Source of the DNA: Deltaproteobacteria bacterium
GTDB lineage: Bacteria; Desulfobacterota; Desulfomonilia; UBA1062
Length of the DNA: 64,000 bases
NCBI GenBank assembly: GCA_029547185.1
Contig: JAKPPU010000068.1
Coordinates: 11,124 to 75,123, forward strand
Reading direction: 5' to 3'
The position numbers and the translations under genes were made by a program. The notes below the pieces were generated by a model. It had not been told where the DNA came from. It saw only the letters and a list, made by a program, of their open reading frames with translations, and did no database searches. This document shows positions 11,081 to 21,090 of this stretch, piece after piece (within the stretch, counting starts at the first letter, position 1; every line of letters starts with the position of its first letter).

Positions 11081-11278
11081 TCACCCCGGGATGCGCTTGA
11101 CGGTCTTTTCGGCTATGAGGTCGTTGAACTCCTGAAGCAGCACCTTCTCATGGGCATCTATCTTCCCGTCCTGATGTGCCAGCTCTATGATTTCCTCGTA
11201 CTCGGAGTTCTTGATCACGTGATCGTCGATGGCCTTCTTTATCATCTCTTCGAGACTCTTTCCGCTTTTTGTCAGCAT
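11081..11278 (-). CDS. Small helical protein (65 aa), weakly TerB-like, function unknown
   Basis: Internal ATG at 11278 of ORF 11081-11449. MLTKSGKSLEEMIKKAIDDHVIKNSEYEEIIELAHQDGKIDAHEKVLLQEF resembles the ADG-x-I-x-x-x-E repeat of TerB/DjlA-N modules. The upstream part of the track ORF looks non-coding. Confidence 0.4.
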   Translation of the reverse strand: MLTKSGKSLEEMIKKAIDDHVIKNSEYEEIIELAHQDGKIDAHEKVLLQEFNDLIAEKTVKRIPG

Positions 11279-11478
11279 GTGTTCACCCTTTCTCGCTGTA
11301 TTATATTTGATCATTTTATCATTTCCCATCACCGCGTGTCCAGAGAGCAACTCTTTCGAATGCGCGGCTTTACCCGGGTATGTCCGTCTTCCCTGTGCTG
11401 CCGGGCCCGGTGCCGACACGCCATTTTCCTGTGCATCCGCCATTGACAAACCGGGAAACAGCGTAATTATGAATTCAT

Positions 11479-12150
11479 ATGCTCTCTCCTGCGCGCAGAC
11501 TTCTGAAAATGATTCACCCCGAAGGCATTCTCTGGCCCGGGACTGCGTTCTATGATGCCATAAGCAGATCTGCCATCTTCCAGAGGAATTATGAGCTGGT
11601 GGCCGAAGATATCGTGAGCTACTGCCCCGAGGGAAGCCTTCTCGACATCGGCACGGGACCGGGACGGCTGCTCATCGTACTGCACAGGAAATCCCCCCGG
11701 CTTCGGCTCGTCGGGGTAGATTCCTCCGGCTCCATGGTCACGAAGGCGAGGAGAAATCTCGTTCGGGCAGGGCTTTCGCATGCGATCGACATCGAGGTCG
11801 GCAATGCGAGCTTTCTCCCCTTTCATGGCGAGTCCTTCGACGTCGTGGTGAGCACGGGCTCGATCCATCACTGGAAAGAGCCGGAAAAAGGGCTCAATGA
11901 GGTGTACCGCGTGCTCAGGCGAAAGGGGGTCGCCCTGATGTACGACCTTGTGAGCGACACGCCGCAGTATGTCCTCGAAGAGGTGGCGCGGGATTTCGGA
12001 AAGCTCGAGTCCGTGCTCCTGCGCATCCATGCCCTTGAAGAGCCGTTCTACACGAGTAAGGATTTCGAGCTCCTGGCCCGGGGAACCCTGTTCAAGAGGG
12101 GATACACGAAGTTCGTCGGCGTCCAGTGCTGCCTGGTTCTGAGGAAATGA
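11479..12150 (+). CDS. Class I SAM-dependent methyltransferase
   Basis: Motif I LLDIGTGPGRLL, followed by LVGVDSS and FDVVVSTGSIHHW. No SD before the ATG; see the leaderless-promoter finding. Confidence 0.85.
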   Translation: MLSPARRLLKMIHPEGILWPGTAFYDAISRSAIFQRNYELVAEDIVSYCPEGSLLDIGTGPGRLLIVLHRKSPRLRLVGVDSSGSMVTKARRNLVRAGLSHAIDIEVGNASFLPFHGESFDVVVSTGSIHHWKEPEKGLNEVYRVLRRKGVALMYDLVSDTPQYVLEEVARDFGKLESVLLRIHALEEPFYTSKDFELLARGTLFKRGYTKFVGVQCCLVLRK

Positions 12151-12343
12151 GCAGCCCTGTGAATGTTCACGGGACAGCCGGAGAGACCGCGTCCCGGCCT
12201 TAGTAAAACCGGATGGCTCAAACGAGGGGGATCGGATGTTTCCTCCGATTCGTCGCATGATCACCTCTCGTCACCGTTCACAAGGCCCGCCCCGATACAT
12301 GCAGCAGGCGCATACATCGGGGCTGGCATCTGCTTTTCACCTC

Positions 12344-12586
12344 TCAGGACCGACAGGTAACCGCCTCGACAGGGAGGAAGTAATGGCCCTGGAAGTCAAC
12401 GACCTCCAGCGGGTAGCAGGGGAAGTCGAATACCAAATAGTCACGACGGGCAAGCACGCTCGTGTCGAGTCGGACGATATCGCCTGAGGCATTATCTTTC
12501 TTCCCGTCACCTGCTGCATGTTTTCTCTTTATATCCTTGCCGTCACCTGCGTGTCCCTTCAATCCATGGCTGCTTTTCGCTGACAT
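12344..12586 (-). CDS. Hypothetical small protein (80 aa)
   Basis: Strong RBS (TAAGGAGGTGACATC-ATG). Lys/Gly/His-rich N-terminus. No recognisable domain. Confidence 0.45.
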   Translation of the reverse strand: MSAKSSHGLKGHAGDGKDIKRKHAAGDGKKDNASGDIVRLDTSVLARRDYLVFDFPCYPLEVVDFQGHYFLPVEAVTCRS

Positions 12587-13015
12587 GATGTCACCTCCTT
12601 AAGCTTCCTCTCTCCTTTCTTTCAACACGGAGAGCTGCCCTTTAAATAGGGCCTTCAGGGGTAAATTCAAGGCCGGGTATATTCCAATAAAAGGTATGGC
12701 CCGGCATCTGCCGGCAAACCGGCTATCAACGGGCTGCTCTCGGGGCATTGATCTCCACGAGATACGCAGGCCCCCGGCTTATCGGCAGGAGAGTCCTTCA
12801 GGGAAGGGCTCATGTATGGGGACTGTTCATGGATATTGTAAGATCGATGCATTTCGAGTAAATTACTGACCGCTGCACGATAATGGAAGAAAGACTGAGG
12901 GTTTCGGGTCATGCCGCCTAAAAAGATCACGCTCGGGAAGGATAAGGAAATCGAAGCCGGTGGCAGGGCAGGGGAGAAGGACCGCGTACACAGGCAATCC
13001 TCCGGAAGACGGAGA

Positions 13016-13924
13016 ATGAGCGCACCGCGCAGACCGCGGATCGGCCTGGCCCTGGGCAGCGGGTCAGCCCGCGGCTGGGCGCACGTGGGGGTCATTCGGG
13101 CGCTCGAGGAGGCAGGCATCCGCCCCGATCTCGTGTGCGGAACGTCTATCGGTGCGCTCGTGGGCGCTGCCTATGCCTCGGGCGAGCTCGACCGCTTCGA
13201 GCAATGGCTGCTCGGAATGGGCATCAGGGACGTGGTGGCGTTCATGGATGTGAGCCTGAGCGGCGGTCTGCTCAAGGGCGACCGGCTCATGGAATTCCTC
13301 CGGAACAACTTCGTCGACCTCTCGCTCGAAGAGCTCGACATGCCCTTCGCAGCAGTGGCCACCTCGCTGGAAACCGGCGCCGAGGTCTGGCTGCGCCAGG
13401 GCTCGACGCTCGAGGCGGTGCGTGCATCCATCGCCCTGCCGGGGCTGTTCACCCCGGTGGTGAATGACGGGGCCATCCTCGTGGACGGAGGGCTCGTCAA
13501 CCCGGTACCCGTATCCCTCGCCCGGGCCATGGGAGCGGATATCGTCATTGCGGTGGACCTCAATTCGGACATCCTCGGCCGCCACCTGCGGGAAAGGCCT
13601 GTCCAGGAAGCTCCAGCCGGTAATGTCGGCGATCTGCTCCGCAGGCTTCAGGGCAACCTGCTCTCCCTCATGCCCTCGTTTTCGTCCGATGAGCCGAGGC
13701 TGCCGTCCATGCTCGACGTGCTGGCCTCGGGCATCAACATCATGCAGGTGAGAATCACCCGCAGCCGCATGGCAGGCGACCCGCCGGAGGTGATCGTTGC
13801 CCCGCAGCTGGCCCACCTCTCGCTGCTCGACTTCCACCGGGCAAAGGAAGCGATCGACAGGGGAAGACAGGCTGTCGAGGCCGTCATGCACAGCATCAGC
13901 GCGCTCGGCATCCGGACCCCTTGA
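13016..13924 (+). CDS. Patatin-like phospholipase (RssA-like)
   Basis: Oxyanion GSGSARG, nucleophile GTSIGA (GxSxG) and catalytic Asp in VDGGLVNPVP. ATG 13016 follows GACGGAGA and gives about 302 aa; the ORF-track start is 12911. Confidence 0.9.
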   Translation: MSAPRRPRIGLALGSGSARGWAHVGVIRALEEAGIRPDLVCGTSIGALVGAAYASGELDRFEQWLLGMGIRDVVAFMDVSLSGGLLKGDRLMEFLRNNFVDLSLEELDMPFAAVATSLETGAEVWLRQGSTLEAVRASIALPGLFTPVVNDGAILVDGGLVNPVPVSLARAMGADIVIAVDLNSDILGRHLRERPVQEAPAGNVGDLLRRLQGNLLSLMPSFSSDEPRLPSMLDVLASGINIMQVRITRSRMAGDPPEVIVAPQLAHLSLLDFHRAKEAIDRGRQAVEAVMHSISALGIRTP

Positions 13925-14163
13925 GGACGCACCCTTCGGGCACGCGGAGAAAAATCATGCGGGGTGGTGCGCTGCCTTCCGGGAAGCGTCATTGGATCTT
14001 CATGCAGTGAAGCGGCAGGCCCGTGAGCTTGAATCCGACATGGGTACCCGGAGAATGCAGTGAGGGATCATAAGCCGGGGAGAGAACCTCATTCCCTCCC
14101 CGGCGGCAAAAAGGGGTTGTTGTGCTTGTTTGCCTTCTTCTGTCGCTTCGCTGATCTTCAGCC

Positions 14164-15882
14164 TTACAGGTTCATCTCATATTCGCCGCTCAAGGTGATC
14201 ACGTACTTGTCCCAGACCCTGGTGTACTGCTCGGCGTCCGCCACCGGCTTCATGAGCATGATGTCCTTGCAGAAGGCGCGCTGCTCGTCTTTCGTGCTGT
14301 GGTTGCTGTAGATCTGCAGGGCGAAGTGGGAGAAATCGCGCACCATGAAGTCGAAGATCTGGTTCAGGATGTCCTGGTCGAGGTTCATGATCTTGGCTTC
14401 CTCAAGGATGAGCTGCCCGTAGACCACGATGGAGAACATCTCGCCCAGGGGCAGGGAGAACGTGGGGTCCATGTCCTGCATCTTGTCCGGGCCGGCCTTT
14501 TCGAGCATGTCCTTGAGGATGTCGATCTGACGGATGAAGGTCGCCACGTTGGGCAGGGATTTGTTCTCCTCGAACACAGGCTTGTAGTCGTGGAACTGGA
14601 CGCTCCCGAGCCCCTTTGTCGGGCCCTGGTTGAAGAGGAACAGGTCGTCGTTCAGGGAGAAGTCGGGGGCGACCGGGGCGTACTCGGCCGGGTTGAAGAA
14701 GTAGTTCTTCATGAACTTGCGGATGAGCTGGACGTTGACGTGCACGGTGCCCTCGAGCTTCGAGGGTCCGCGCATGTCGGACGCGGCCATGTGGAAGTAG
14801 GTGTCCTTCTCGAAGCCCTTTGCCGCGATGACCTCCCAGAGCAGGTTCACGACGTCTTCGGACTGGAGCGTGACCTTCATCTTGCTCGTGGGGTTGTAGA
14901 GCAGGTAGCGGCGATCGGTCGGACTCGCGCCCCGGAAGTAGTCGGTGGAGCGGCGCTGGTACATCTTCATGGCCACGAGCCTGAGCCAGGCATCCATGAA
15001 GTTCTTGCGCACGTGCGGCATGTCCGTGACCTTCATGCCGTAGAGGATGCGGTTCGATGCATGGGTGATGGCCTCGTAGAAGCAGTGCTCTGCCAGGCCG
15101 ATCGAGGCGGGCCCGATGTTGAACTTGCCTATGTTCACTGTGTTGAGCGACGAATCCCAGGCGTGAGGGCCGCGGGAGAGGATGTCCTCCTCGGTGATGG
15201 GATAGTCGTGGAGGGCGAAGTTCGAGACGTACTCCTGGTGGGAGATGACGTTCTTCTTGAGCTCATAGGCCTTGTGGCGGTAGTTGGTGACGAAGAAGGT
15301 GTAGTCGTCGGTGCCGTCCTTGACCTTGCCCAGGGTGGAGACCATCTCGGCCTCGTTACCGTTGCCGATGTAGTACTTCTCGCCGTTGGCCACGTACGTG
15401 CCGTCGCCCTTGGGGGTGAGCGACGTCTCAGTGGAGTAGATGTCCGCACCGTGGGTGCGCTCGGAGAGGCCGAACGCGAAGATGGCACCCTCTTTGAGGA
15501 GCCTGGCGGCCTTTTTCTTCGCGGCTTCGTTGGGGCTCATCCAGATGGGGCCCAATCCGAGGATGGTCACCTGGAAGCAGTACCAGTAGCCCAGGCCGTA
15601 GAAGGCGAGCAGTTCGCTGTACTCGTTGTTGCGGGCCGTGTCCCAGCGGCAGTCGGGGTCGCCGTCGGCGTACTGCTTGGGGGTGAGCAGCTTGGCGAAG
15701 ATCTGCTCTTTGCCGATGAAATCGATGAACTCGCGGTACCAGACCTTCTTGTTGTAGTCCTCGAGGAGCTTGGTCTTTCCCATCTTGTTCTCGAAGAAAT
15801 CGATGGTCTTCTCCATGATGGCACGGGATCCCTCGTCGGCCATGAGGCTCTTGAACTTTTTCGGCTGGATCAGATAATTCAT
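14164..15882 (-). CDS. Acyl-CoA dehydrogenase family protein (long, 572 aa form)
   Basis: FGLSERTHGADIYSTETSL corresponds to the ACAD (T/S)E-x-x-x-GSD region. The middle beta-domain and C-terminal helical domain have the right length. RBS is AAGGAAGGAG. The 533-aa + strand ORF 14299-15900 is its antisense shadow. Confidence 0.85.
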   Translation of the reverse strand: MNYLIQPKKFKSLMADEGSRAIMEKTIDFFENKMGKTKLLEDYNKKVWYREFIDFIGKEQIFAKLLTPKQYADGDPDCRWDTARNNEYSELLAFYGLGYWYCFQVTILGLGPIWMSPNEAAKKKAARLLKEGAIFAFGLSERTHGADIYSTETSLTPKGDGTYVANGEKYYIGNGNEAEMVSTLGKVKDGTDDYTFFVTNYRHKAYELKKNVISHQEYVSNFALHDYPITEEDILSRGPHAWDSSLNTVNIGKFNIGPASIGLAEHCFYEAITHASNRILYGMKVTDMPHVRKNFMDAWLRLVAMKMYQRRSTDYFRGASPTDRRYLLYNPTSKMKVTLQSEDVVNLLWEVIAAKGFEKDTYFHMAASDMRGPSKLEGTVHVNVQLIRKFMKNYFFNPAEYAPVAPDFSLNDDLFLFNQGPTKGLGSVQFHDYKPVFEENKSLPNVATFIRQIDILKDMLEKAGPDKMQDMDPTFSLPLGEMFSIVVYGQLILEEAKIMNLDQDILNQIFDFMVRDFSHFALQIYSNHSTKDEQRAFCKDIMLMKPVADAEQYTRVWDKYVITLSGEYEMNL

Positions 15883-16112
15883 TTCACACTCCTTCCTTGA
15901 TTGTATTTTTCGATATGAACCTGCAGGGCAGCCGCGATCAGGAGCCCTGCTTCAAACTCATGCTCTTTCAAGTTCCTCCCTCAAACCGGAGCGGCAATGG
16001 GAATCATTGCCTTGGCCCTGTCCGGGGGTCGACAGTGGTCGCTTGCAGATCTTTTGCTGTTGGCAGGGCCCTTCCTGCCCGTTTGCCTCTGACCATCAGT
16101 CAATCCATGGTG

Positions 16113-16128
16113 AGCAGGTCTCATGCCA
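16113..16128 (-). promoter_or_regulatory. Candidate sigma-54 (-24/-12) promoter upstream of the acyl-CoA dehydrogenase gene
   Basis: The reverse complement is TGGCATGAGACCTGCT. GG and GC have exactly the consensus spacing of TGGCAC-N5-TTGC. It lies about 220 nt upstream of ATG 15882 and is divergent from a sigma-54 activator gene. Confidence 0.4.
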
Positions 16129-16343
16129 AAAAGGCTATGCCATAACAAAAAGATATCATTGGATAAAATTATATGGAACGGACAGACATGCCGATATGCC
16201 GTCACCGATGCCCAAATATGGGCTTGACAGGCAGGTTGGGTAACGGTAGGCAAAAAGGGAGAAATTCGATGACATTTCCTTCTCTTCGGGGCGGCAGATC
16301 GTGTCTGAGCCCCGGTGCGGTTACATGCCGATCGAGGTGCGCG

Positions 16344-19300
16344 ATGAAAGGACTCACCACACCCGGACTGCAGACCCTGGCCATCCTCGATGCCGTCCCT
16401 GAGCCTGTGGATGCAGAGGTCCTCGGGAAGCTCTCATCCTTAAGCCCGCATGAATTCGGAGAGCTCGTCAGGAAAGCCGTTTCCCGGGGGTTGCTGGTGG
16501 AGAGTCCCGATGGGAGGCTCGCCCTTTCCGAGAGCCTGCCCCTTTGGGTCCGCCGCCGGATTTCGGAGATAAATACGAAAAAGCATGTCGCCTCCATCAT
16601 TGCCCGGATCCGCAGGCAGGGTCTGCAGGAAGACTTAAGGGTCTCTGCCAGGATATCCCTTCTGCTCAAGGCGGGTCTCGACTACGATGCCGCTCTCATG
16701 GCCGAAGAGGAAGCCGGGAGATGCGTCAGGGAGGGCGACAAGCACGGGGCCATCGATCTTCTGGAACAGGCATTCGCTATCGTAGAAGCGCACGAAGGTG
16801 AAGTGCAGTGGGATACCCTGCTCATAACAGTCGTCAGCGAGCTGTGCCGACTCAGGATCAATGTCGGCAGGGACCTCACCGGGATTCCTTCCCTTCTTGA
16901 GCTCGAGAGGCCTGTTGCCGTGCGTCTCGGCGACTCGCGCACCCTTGCCAGGATCGACCTCGTCTCCGGCCTCTACCGGTATGTGACGGGCGATTCCGCA
17001 GGCGGCCTCTCCCTCATCTCGTCCGGCCTCCAAAAGGCAGAGGAGCTCGGGGACGAGGATATCATGGCCATCTCTGCCGAGTTCAGGGGGATCTATTACT
17101 ATCTCACGGGTCTGTACAAGGAGGCGGCCGATGCCTTCGAACTCGTCATGAGGTCGGGCAGCTTGCAGACGGACAAGAGAGCCCCGACCTTTCTTCCCGA
17201 GCATCTCGCATCCTCGTCGGCTCTGGGGTATATCTGTGCCCTTCTCGGGCAGTACCACCGGGCCGTCGGTCTGCTCGACTCCCACTGGCGCAGGGCCCGT
17301 ATGAACAAGAGCGACAGGAACGCCTGCTTCTATGAGGCACTCCTCGGAATTGTGCTCATCATCATGGGCAGAAGGGCAGAGGCCTATACCCACCTCAAGG
17401 CAGCCCAGAAGGAGGCCCTCGAGATCGACAACAAGCAGGCCATCCACGTAGCCAAGAAGGGGCTCGCCTATCATGCATATTTCGAGGGCAGGATCGAGGA
17501 TGCCTACTGGATAACGATGAACACGCCGTTTACCGAGTCGATCGGTCCCCAGTACAATTGGCCGGTGCATCTCGAGATGCTCTACACCTTCGAGAAGAAC
17601 GAGCTCCTTGCCGCGATGCCGACCCTTGCTTTCGAGCAGGAGATGGAGCGCGTTCTGAACGGCCCCAATCACCACCTGCGGGGAGTGGCATTGAGGATCC
17701 GTGCCCTCCAGGCCCAGGAGAGGGGCGATAATCCGGATGCCGTTTTCTCTCTTCTGCAGTCGAGCGAGGCAGAGCTGCTGCCCACAGGCGACCCTGTCGA
17801 GCTTGCCAAGACCAGGGCCGAGATGGCCCGCGTGAAGCTCTCCCTGAAGGACAGGCCTGCAGCCCGCAATTTTGCCCTCCTGGCCTGGGAGGGTCTGAGC
17901 GGCTACGGCCAGGACTTCTTCCCCGATGATCTGGTGCCTTTGCTCAGGATCGGCGTGCCCCAGCGCCAGGGCCACAGGAGGCAGGAGGTGCTCGAGCGGT
18001 TCGCCGATCTCATGGACGGCTTTATCCCGAGCGCTGACAGGGACGAGATCCTCACCCGGCTCGTCGCTGCGACGAGCCGGTTCTTCGGGGCCGAACGCGG
18101 AGGGCTCTTCTGGTTTGCCGGCAGCCGCGACTCTTCCCGGCCCATGCTCCGGGCATCCTACAATCTCGACAGGCTGGATGTGTACGCCGAGCCTTTCCGG
18201 GAACCCTTGAAGCTCATATTCAGGACCTTCAGGAATGCGGAGCCGCTCGTCCTGAAAGGAATCAGGACGGGAGAGAGCCGCGAGGGCGAGGGTGCGTCAC
18301 TGTCTGTCGTCTGCATGCCCATCATCATTAAAGGTGAATCGAGGGGCGTGCTCTACCTCGACAGCTCCATCATCGAGGACGGGATGGAGGAGGTTGAACG
18401 CGACACCGTGATCAGGATGGCGAGGCAGGCGAGCTCGTCCGTCGAGCGCATCTTCCATTATGCCGAAACCGTCGAAGCGGACAGGTCGCGGGTGGTGTCC
18501 TTCAAGAGCTCGGGCGAGGGAGACGAGGCAGCGGGGACCATCATCGGAAGCAGTCCGGCCATGGAGGCGCTCCTTGCCCTGGCGAGCCAGGTGGCGGTAT
18601 CCGATGCCACGGTGCTGATCACGGGCGAGACAGGCGTGGGCAAGGAGCTCCTCGCCAGGAAGATCCACGATGAGAGCGCCAGGAAAGACGGCCCGTTCAT
18701 AGCGGTCAATCCCGCCGTCATACCGGATACGCTCGTGGAGAGCGAGCTGTTCGGCCACGAGAAAGGAGCCTTCACCGGCGCGGACCGGCAGAAGCCGGGC
18801 CGGGTGGAGCTCGCGCACACGGGCACGCTCTTTATCGACGAGATCGGCGATGTCCCCTTGAATGCCCAGGTGAAGCTCCTGCGGGTCATCCAGGAGAAGA
18901 GCTTCGTGCGTGTGGGAGGGATCCGCACCATCCTTTCGGACTTCCGCCTCGTGGCCGCCACCAACAGGGACCTCCTGCAGGATGTGGCATCGGGAAAATT
19001 CCGACAGGACCTCTACTACCGGCTCAACGTCGTGCCGCTCGAGATGCCTCCGCTCAGGAGCCGGGGCGAGGACGTCATCGAGCTCGCACGGGAATTCCTC
19101 AGGCACTACTCCCGGAAGTATCACCGCATCCTGCCCGATCTTTCGGAGGAGGATGTGAAGGCGCTCATGGCATACCCGTGGCCCGGAAACGTGCGCGAGC
19201 TGAAAAACGTCATAGAGCGCGCCTCCATCCTCTCCTCGAAGGACCGGCTCGAGCTCAATCTTCCCCCTCCCTCTGCACCCGGGAAGGGGGACAGCCTCGC

Positions 19301-19469
19301 GTTCCCGGACACGGTCACCCTCGACGAGATCCAGAGACGATACATCCGGCATGTGCTCGGCCTTACGGGTGGGCGCATAGCCGGGCCGGGGGGCGCGGCA
19401 GAGCTGCTCGGGATGAAGAGGACGACCCTGCAGGCGCGGATGAAAAAGCTCGGGCTGTTGAGGTCGTGA
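16344..19469 (+). CDS. Sigma-54-dependent transcriptional activator with a large helical-repeat (TPR/MalT-like) N-terminal region and a GAF-like domain
   Basis: AAA+ core: [15 protein letters not shown] (Walker A), [15 protein letters not shown] (GAFTGA sigma-54 contact) and [10 protein letters not shown] (Walker B). C-terminal Fis-type HTH: [20 protein letters not shown]. About 600 aa of helical repeats and a GAF-like segment (RGVLYLDSS) precede the core. Possible starts are ATG 16344 (GAGGTG RBS), ATG 16269 (AGGGAG RBS) or track start 16173. Confidence 0.9.
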   Translation: MKGLTTPGLQTLAILDAVPEPVDAEVLGKLSSLSPHEFGELVRKAVSRGLLVESPDGRLALSESLPLWVRRRISEINTKKHVASIIARIRRQGLQEDLRVSARISLLLKAGLDYDAALMAEEEAGRCVREGDKHGAIDLLEQAFAIVEAHEGEVQWDTLLITVVSELCRLRINVGRDLTGIPSLLELERPVAVRLGDSRTLARIDLVSGLYRYVTGDSAGGLSLISSGLQKAEELGDEDIMAISAEFRGIYYYLTGLYKEAADAFELVMRSGSLQTDKRAPTFLPEHLASSSALGYICALLGQYHRAVGLLDSHWRRARMNKSDRNACFYEALLGIVLIIMGRRAEAYTHLKAAQKEALEIDNKQAIHVAKKGLAYHAYFEGRIEDAYWITMNTPFTESIGPQYNWPVHLEMLYTFEKNELLAAMPTLAFEQEMERVLNGPNHHLRGVALRIRALQAQERGDNPDAVFSLLQSSEAELLPTGDPVELAKTRAEMARVKLSLKDRPAARNFALLAWEGLSGYGQDFFPDDLVPLLRIGVPQRQGHRRQEVLERFADLMDGFIPSADRDEILTRLVAATSRFFGAERGGLFWFAGSRDSSRPMLRASYNLDRLDVYAEPFREPLKLIFRTFRNAEPLVLKGIRTGESREGEGASLSVVCMPIIIKGESRGVLYLDSSIIEDGMEEVERDTVIRMARQASSSVERIFHYAETVEADRSRVVSFKSSGEGDEAAGTIIGSSPAMEALLALASQVAVSDATVLITGETGVGKELLARKIHDESARKDGPFIAVNPAVIPDTLVESELFGHEKGAFTGADRQKPGRVELAHTGTLFIDEIGDVPLNAQVKLLRVIQEKSFVRVGGIRTILSDFRLVAATNRDLLQDVASGKFRQDLYYRLNVVPLEMPPLRSRGEDVIELAREFLRHYSRKYHRILPDLSEEDVKALMAYPWPGNVRELKNVIERASILSSKDRLELNLPPPSAPGKGDSLAFPDTVTLDEIQRRYIRHVLGLTGGRIAGPGGAAELLGMKRTTLQARMKKLGLLRS

Positions 19470-19475
19470 ATACGC

Positions 19476-19516
19476 AAAAAACTCCCTCTTCCCGCAGCGT
19501 TTCCGGGAAGAGGGAG
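19476..19516 (-). terminator. Rho-independent terminator of the htrA-family protease gene (hairpin shared with the convergent activator gene)
   Basis: 13-bp perfect stem CTCCCTCTTCCCG (19482-19494) / CGGGAAGAGGGAG (19504-19516). On the minus strand it is followed by TTTTTTG. Confidence 0.8.
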
Positions 19517-19546
19517 GAGTGATGGGGGCATTATCTACAAGAGGGT

Positions 19547-21037
19547 CTATTTCTCCGGATCGAGGGCGATGTAGCGCGAGCCCTGCTGGTTCTTTACCAG
19601 CATGAGGATAGGCTTGTCGGTCTTCTTGCCGATCGCTGCCTCGAAGTCTTTCGTGTTTTTGATTTCCTTTCTGTTCACCTCCTGGATGAGCATTCCTGGG
19701 GCGATGCCCGCCCTGGCGGCTGAGGAATCGGGATCGACCTGGGTAACCACGACCCCATTTTCATTCTGGTAGCCGTACTTCTCGGCGAGCTCTTTCGTGA
19801 GGTTCGTCACCGTGATCCCGGCCTTGCCGATGCTGTCCTGAGGTGCCGCGGCCGCAGCCGCATTTTTGGCCGGCATCTTCTCGATCTTCACACTGAAGGT
19901 CTTCATGGCACCGTCCCGGATCACACCGAGCTTCACCGTGGTGCCGGGCTTCATCATGGCTATCTTGTTCCGGAACGGGCCGATCTCGTCGACAGGCTCA
20001 CCGTTCAGCTTGACGATGACGTCTCCCTGCTTCAGTCCGGCCTTTGCCCCGGGCGTATCGGGCATGACCTGGGCGACGAGCACGCCGTTCGTGTCTTTGA
20101 GCTTGAACGATTTTGCCAGCTCGGGGGTTATCTCCTGGATCATGATTCCCACGTACCCGCGCTCTACGCTTCCGTGCTCGATGAGCTGGGTGTAGACGCC
20201 CTTGGCGAGATTGACCGGGATGGCGAAGCCGATGCCCATGGAGCCTCCGCTCTGGCTGTAGATGGCCGTGTTGATTCCGATTACCTTGCCTTCGAGGTCG
20301 ATGAGCGGACCTCCGGAGTTACCGGGGTTGATCGCGGCGTCCGTCTGGATGAAATCCTCGTAGTCGGCGATGCCGACATGGCTCCTTCCCTTTGCGCTCA
20401 CGATGCCTGCCGTGAGTGTGTGCGACAGGCCGAAAGGATTGCCCAGCGCGAGGACCCATTCACCCACGTCGAGCTTGTCCGAATCTCCCAGAGGAAGGAC
20501 CGGCAGGTTCTTCGCATCGATCTTGATGACCGCCACGTCGGTGGCCGGGTCGGTGCCGACGGTTTTTGCCGTGAATTCCCTCCCGTCGAGGAGCTTCACG
20601 TACACCTTGTCCGCACTGCCCACCACATGGTTGTTGGTAAGGATATACCCGTCGGCTGAAATGATGAACCCCGAACCCTGGCCCTGGATCATCCGCTTCT
20701 GTTCCTGCTGGGGCCTCTGGGGCTGTTTGTCGCCCGGCCCGGGCATGGGCTGGCCGAAGAACCGCCTGAAGAACTCGTCATTGAAGGGAAGCGTGGGCCC
20801 CATGAAAGGATTCGCCTTGACTGATTTCTCGATCTTGATGAATACGACGGCAGGGGACACCTGTTTTGCCACGGATGCAAAGGCCTTTCCCGTTTGTTTG
20901 AGGTTTTCCAGGGCCTGATCCCGGGCGAGGGCCGTACCATGAGTGCTCGTGAGGATCAGGGCGATGAAAAGCCACGCAACTCCGAGAACATGCAGCAGGC
21001 TCAAGCGCTGCCCTTCGTTACGGGTAATCCTTACCAT
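19547..21037 (-). CDS. htrA: Periplasmic serine endoprotease, DegP/DegQ/HtrA family, two PDZ domains
   Basis: Signal/anchor segment, catalytic His (TNNHVV), Asp, and Ser in GNSGGPL. Two PDZ-like segments follow (GVLVAQVMPDTPGAKAGLKQGDVI and GVVVTQVDPDSSAARAGIAPGMLI). RBS is GGAGGT. Confidence 0.95.
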   Translation of the reverse strand: MVRITRNEGQRLSLLHVLGVAWLFIALILTSTHGTALARDQALENLKQTGKAFASVAKQVSPAVVFIKIEKSVKANPFMGPTLPFNDEFFRRFFGQPMPGPGDKQPQRPQQEQKRMIQGQGSGFIISADGYILTNNHVVGSADKVYVKLLDGREFTAKTVGTDPATDVAVIKIDAKNLPVLPLGDSDKLDVGEWVLALGNPFGLSHTLTAGIVSAKGRSHVGIADYEDFIQTDAAINPGNSGGPLIDLEGKVIGINTAIYSQSGGSMGIGFAIPVNLAKGVYTQLIEHGSVERGYVGIMIQEITPELAKSFKLKDTNGVLVAQVMPDTPGAKAGLKQGDVIVKLNGEPVDEIGPFRNKIAMMKPGTTVKLGVIRDGAMKTFSVKIEKMPAKNAAAAAAPQDSIGKAGITVTNLTKELAEKYGYQNENGVVVTQVDPDSSAARAGIAPGMLIQEVNRKEIKNTKDFEAAIGKKTDKPILMLVKNQQGSRYIALDPEK

Positions 21038-21090
21038 TTCTTCGACCTCCTGGATGAAAATATTGTTTCCTCTCTTGTGCAGGTGTACCA

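Noticed and set aside
12667-13119. 150-aa minus-strand ORF overlapping the patatin gene start.
   Set aside because: It overlaps a well-supported + strand gene. Its translation is Pro/Ser/Arg-rich, and it has no RBS.
14299-15900. 533-aa + strand ORF antisense to the acyl-CoA dehydrogenase gene. Comparable long antisense ORFs are 3470-4801(-), 5837-7141(+), 8406-9839(+), 16635-17975(-), 18297-19352(-), 21267-22964(+), 24761-25930(-), 37633-38358(-), 41721-42740(-) and 51829-53058(+).
   Set aside because: Each lies fully inside a gene on the opposite strand that has clear family motifs and an RBS. Their translations are the Arg/Gly/Asp/His/Val-rich, low-complexity products expected from reading high-GC coding DNA backwards, and none has a recognisable motif or SD sequence.
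15993-16011. Palindrome GGCAATG-N5-CATTGCC as the upstream activator site of the sigma-54 activator.
   Set aside because: It lies downstream of the candidate -24/-12 element, inside the predicted leader, not 80-150 bp upstream where enhancer sites normally sit. It could instead be a repressor site or an RNA hairpin, and remains unresolved.
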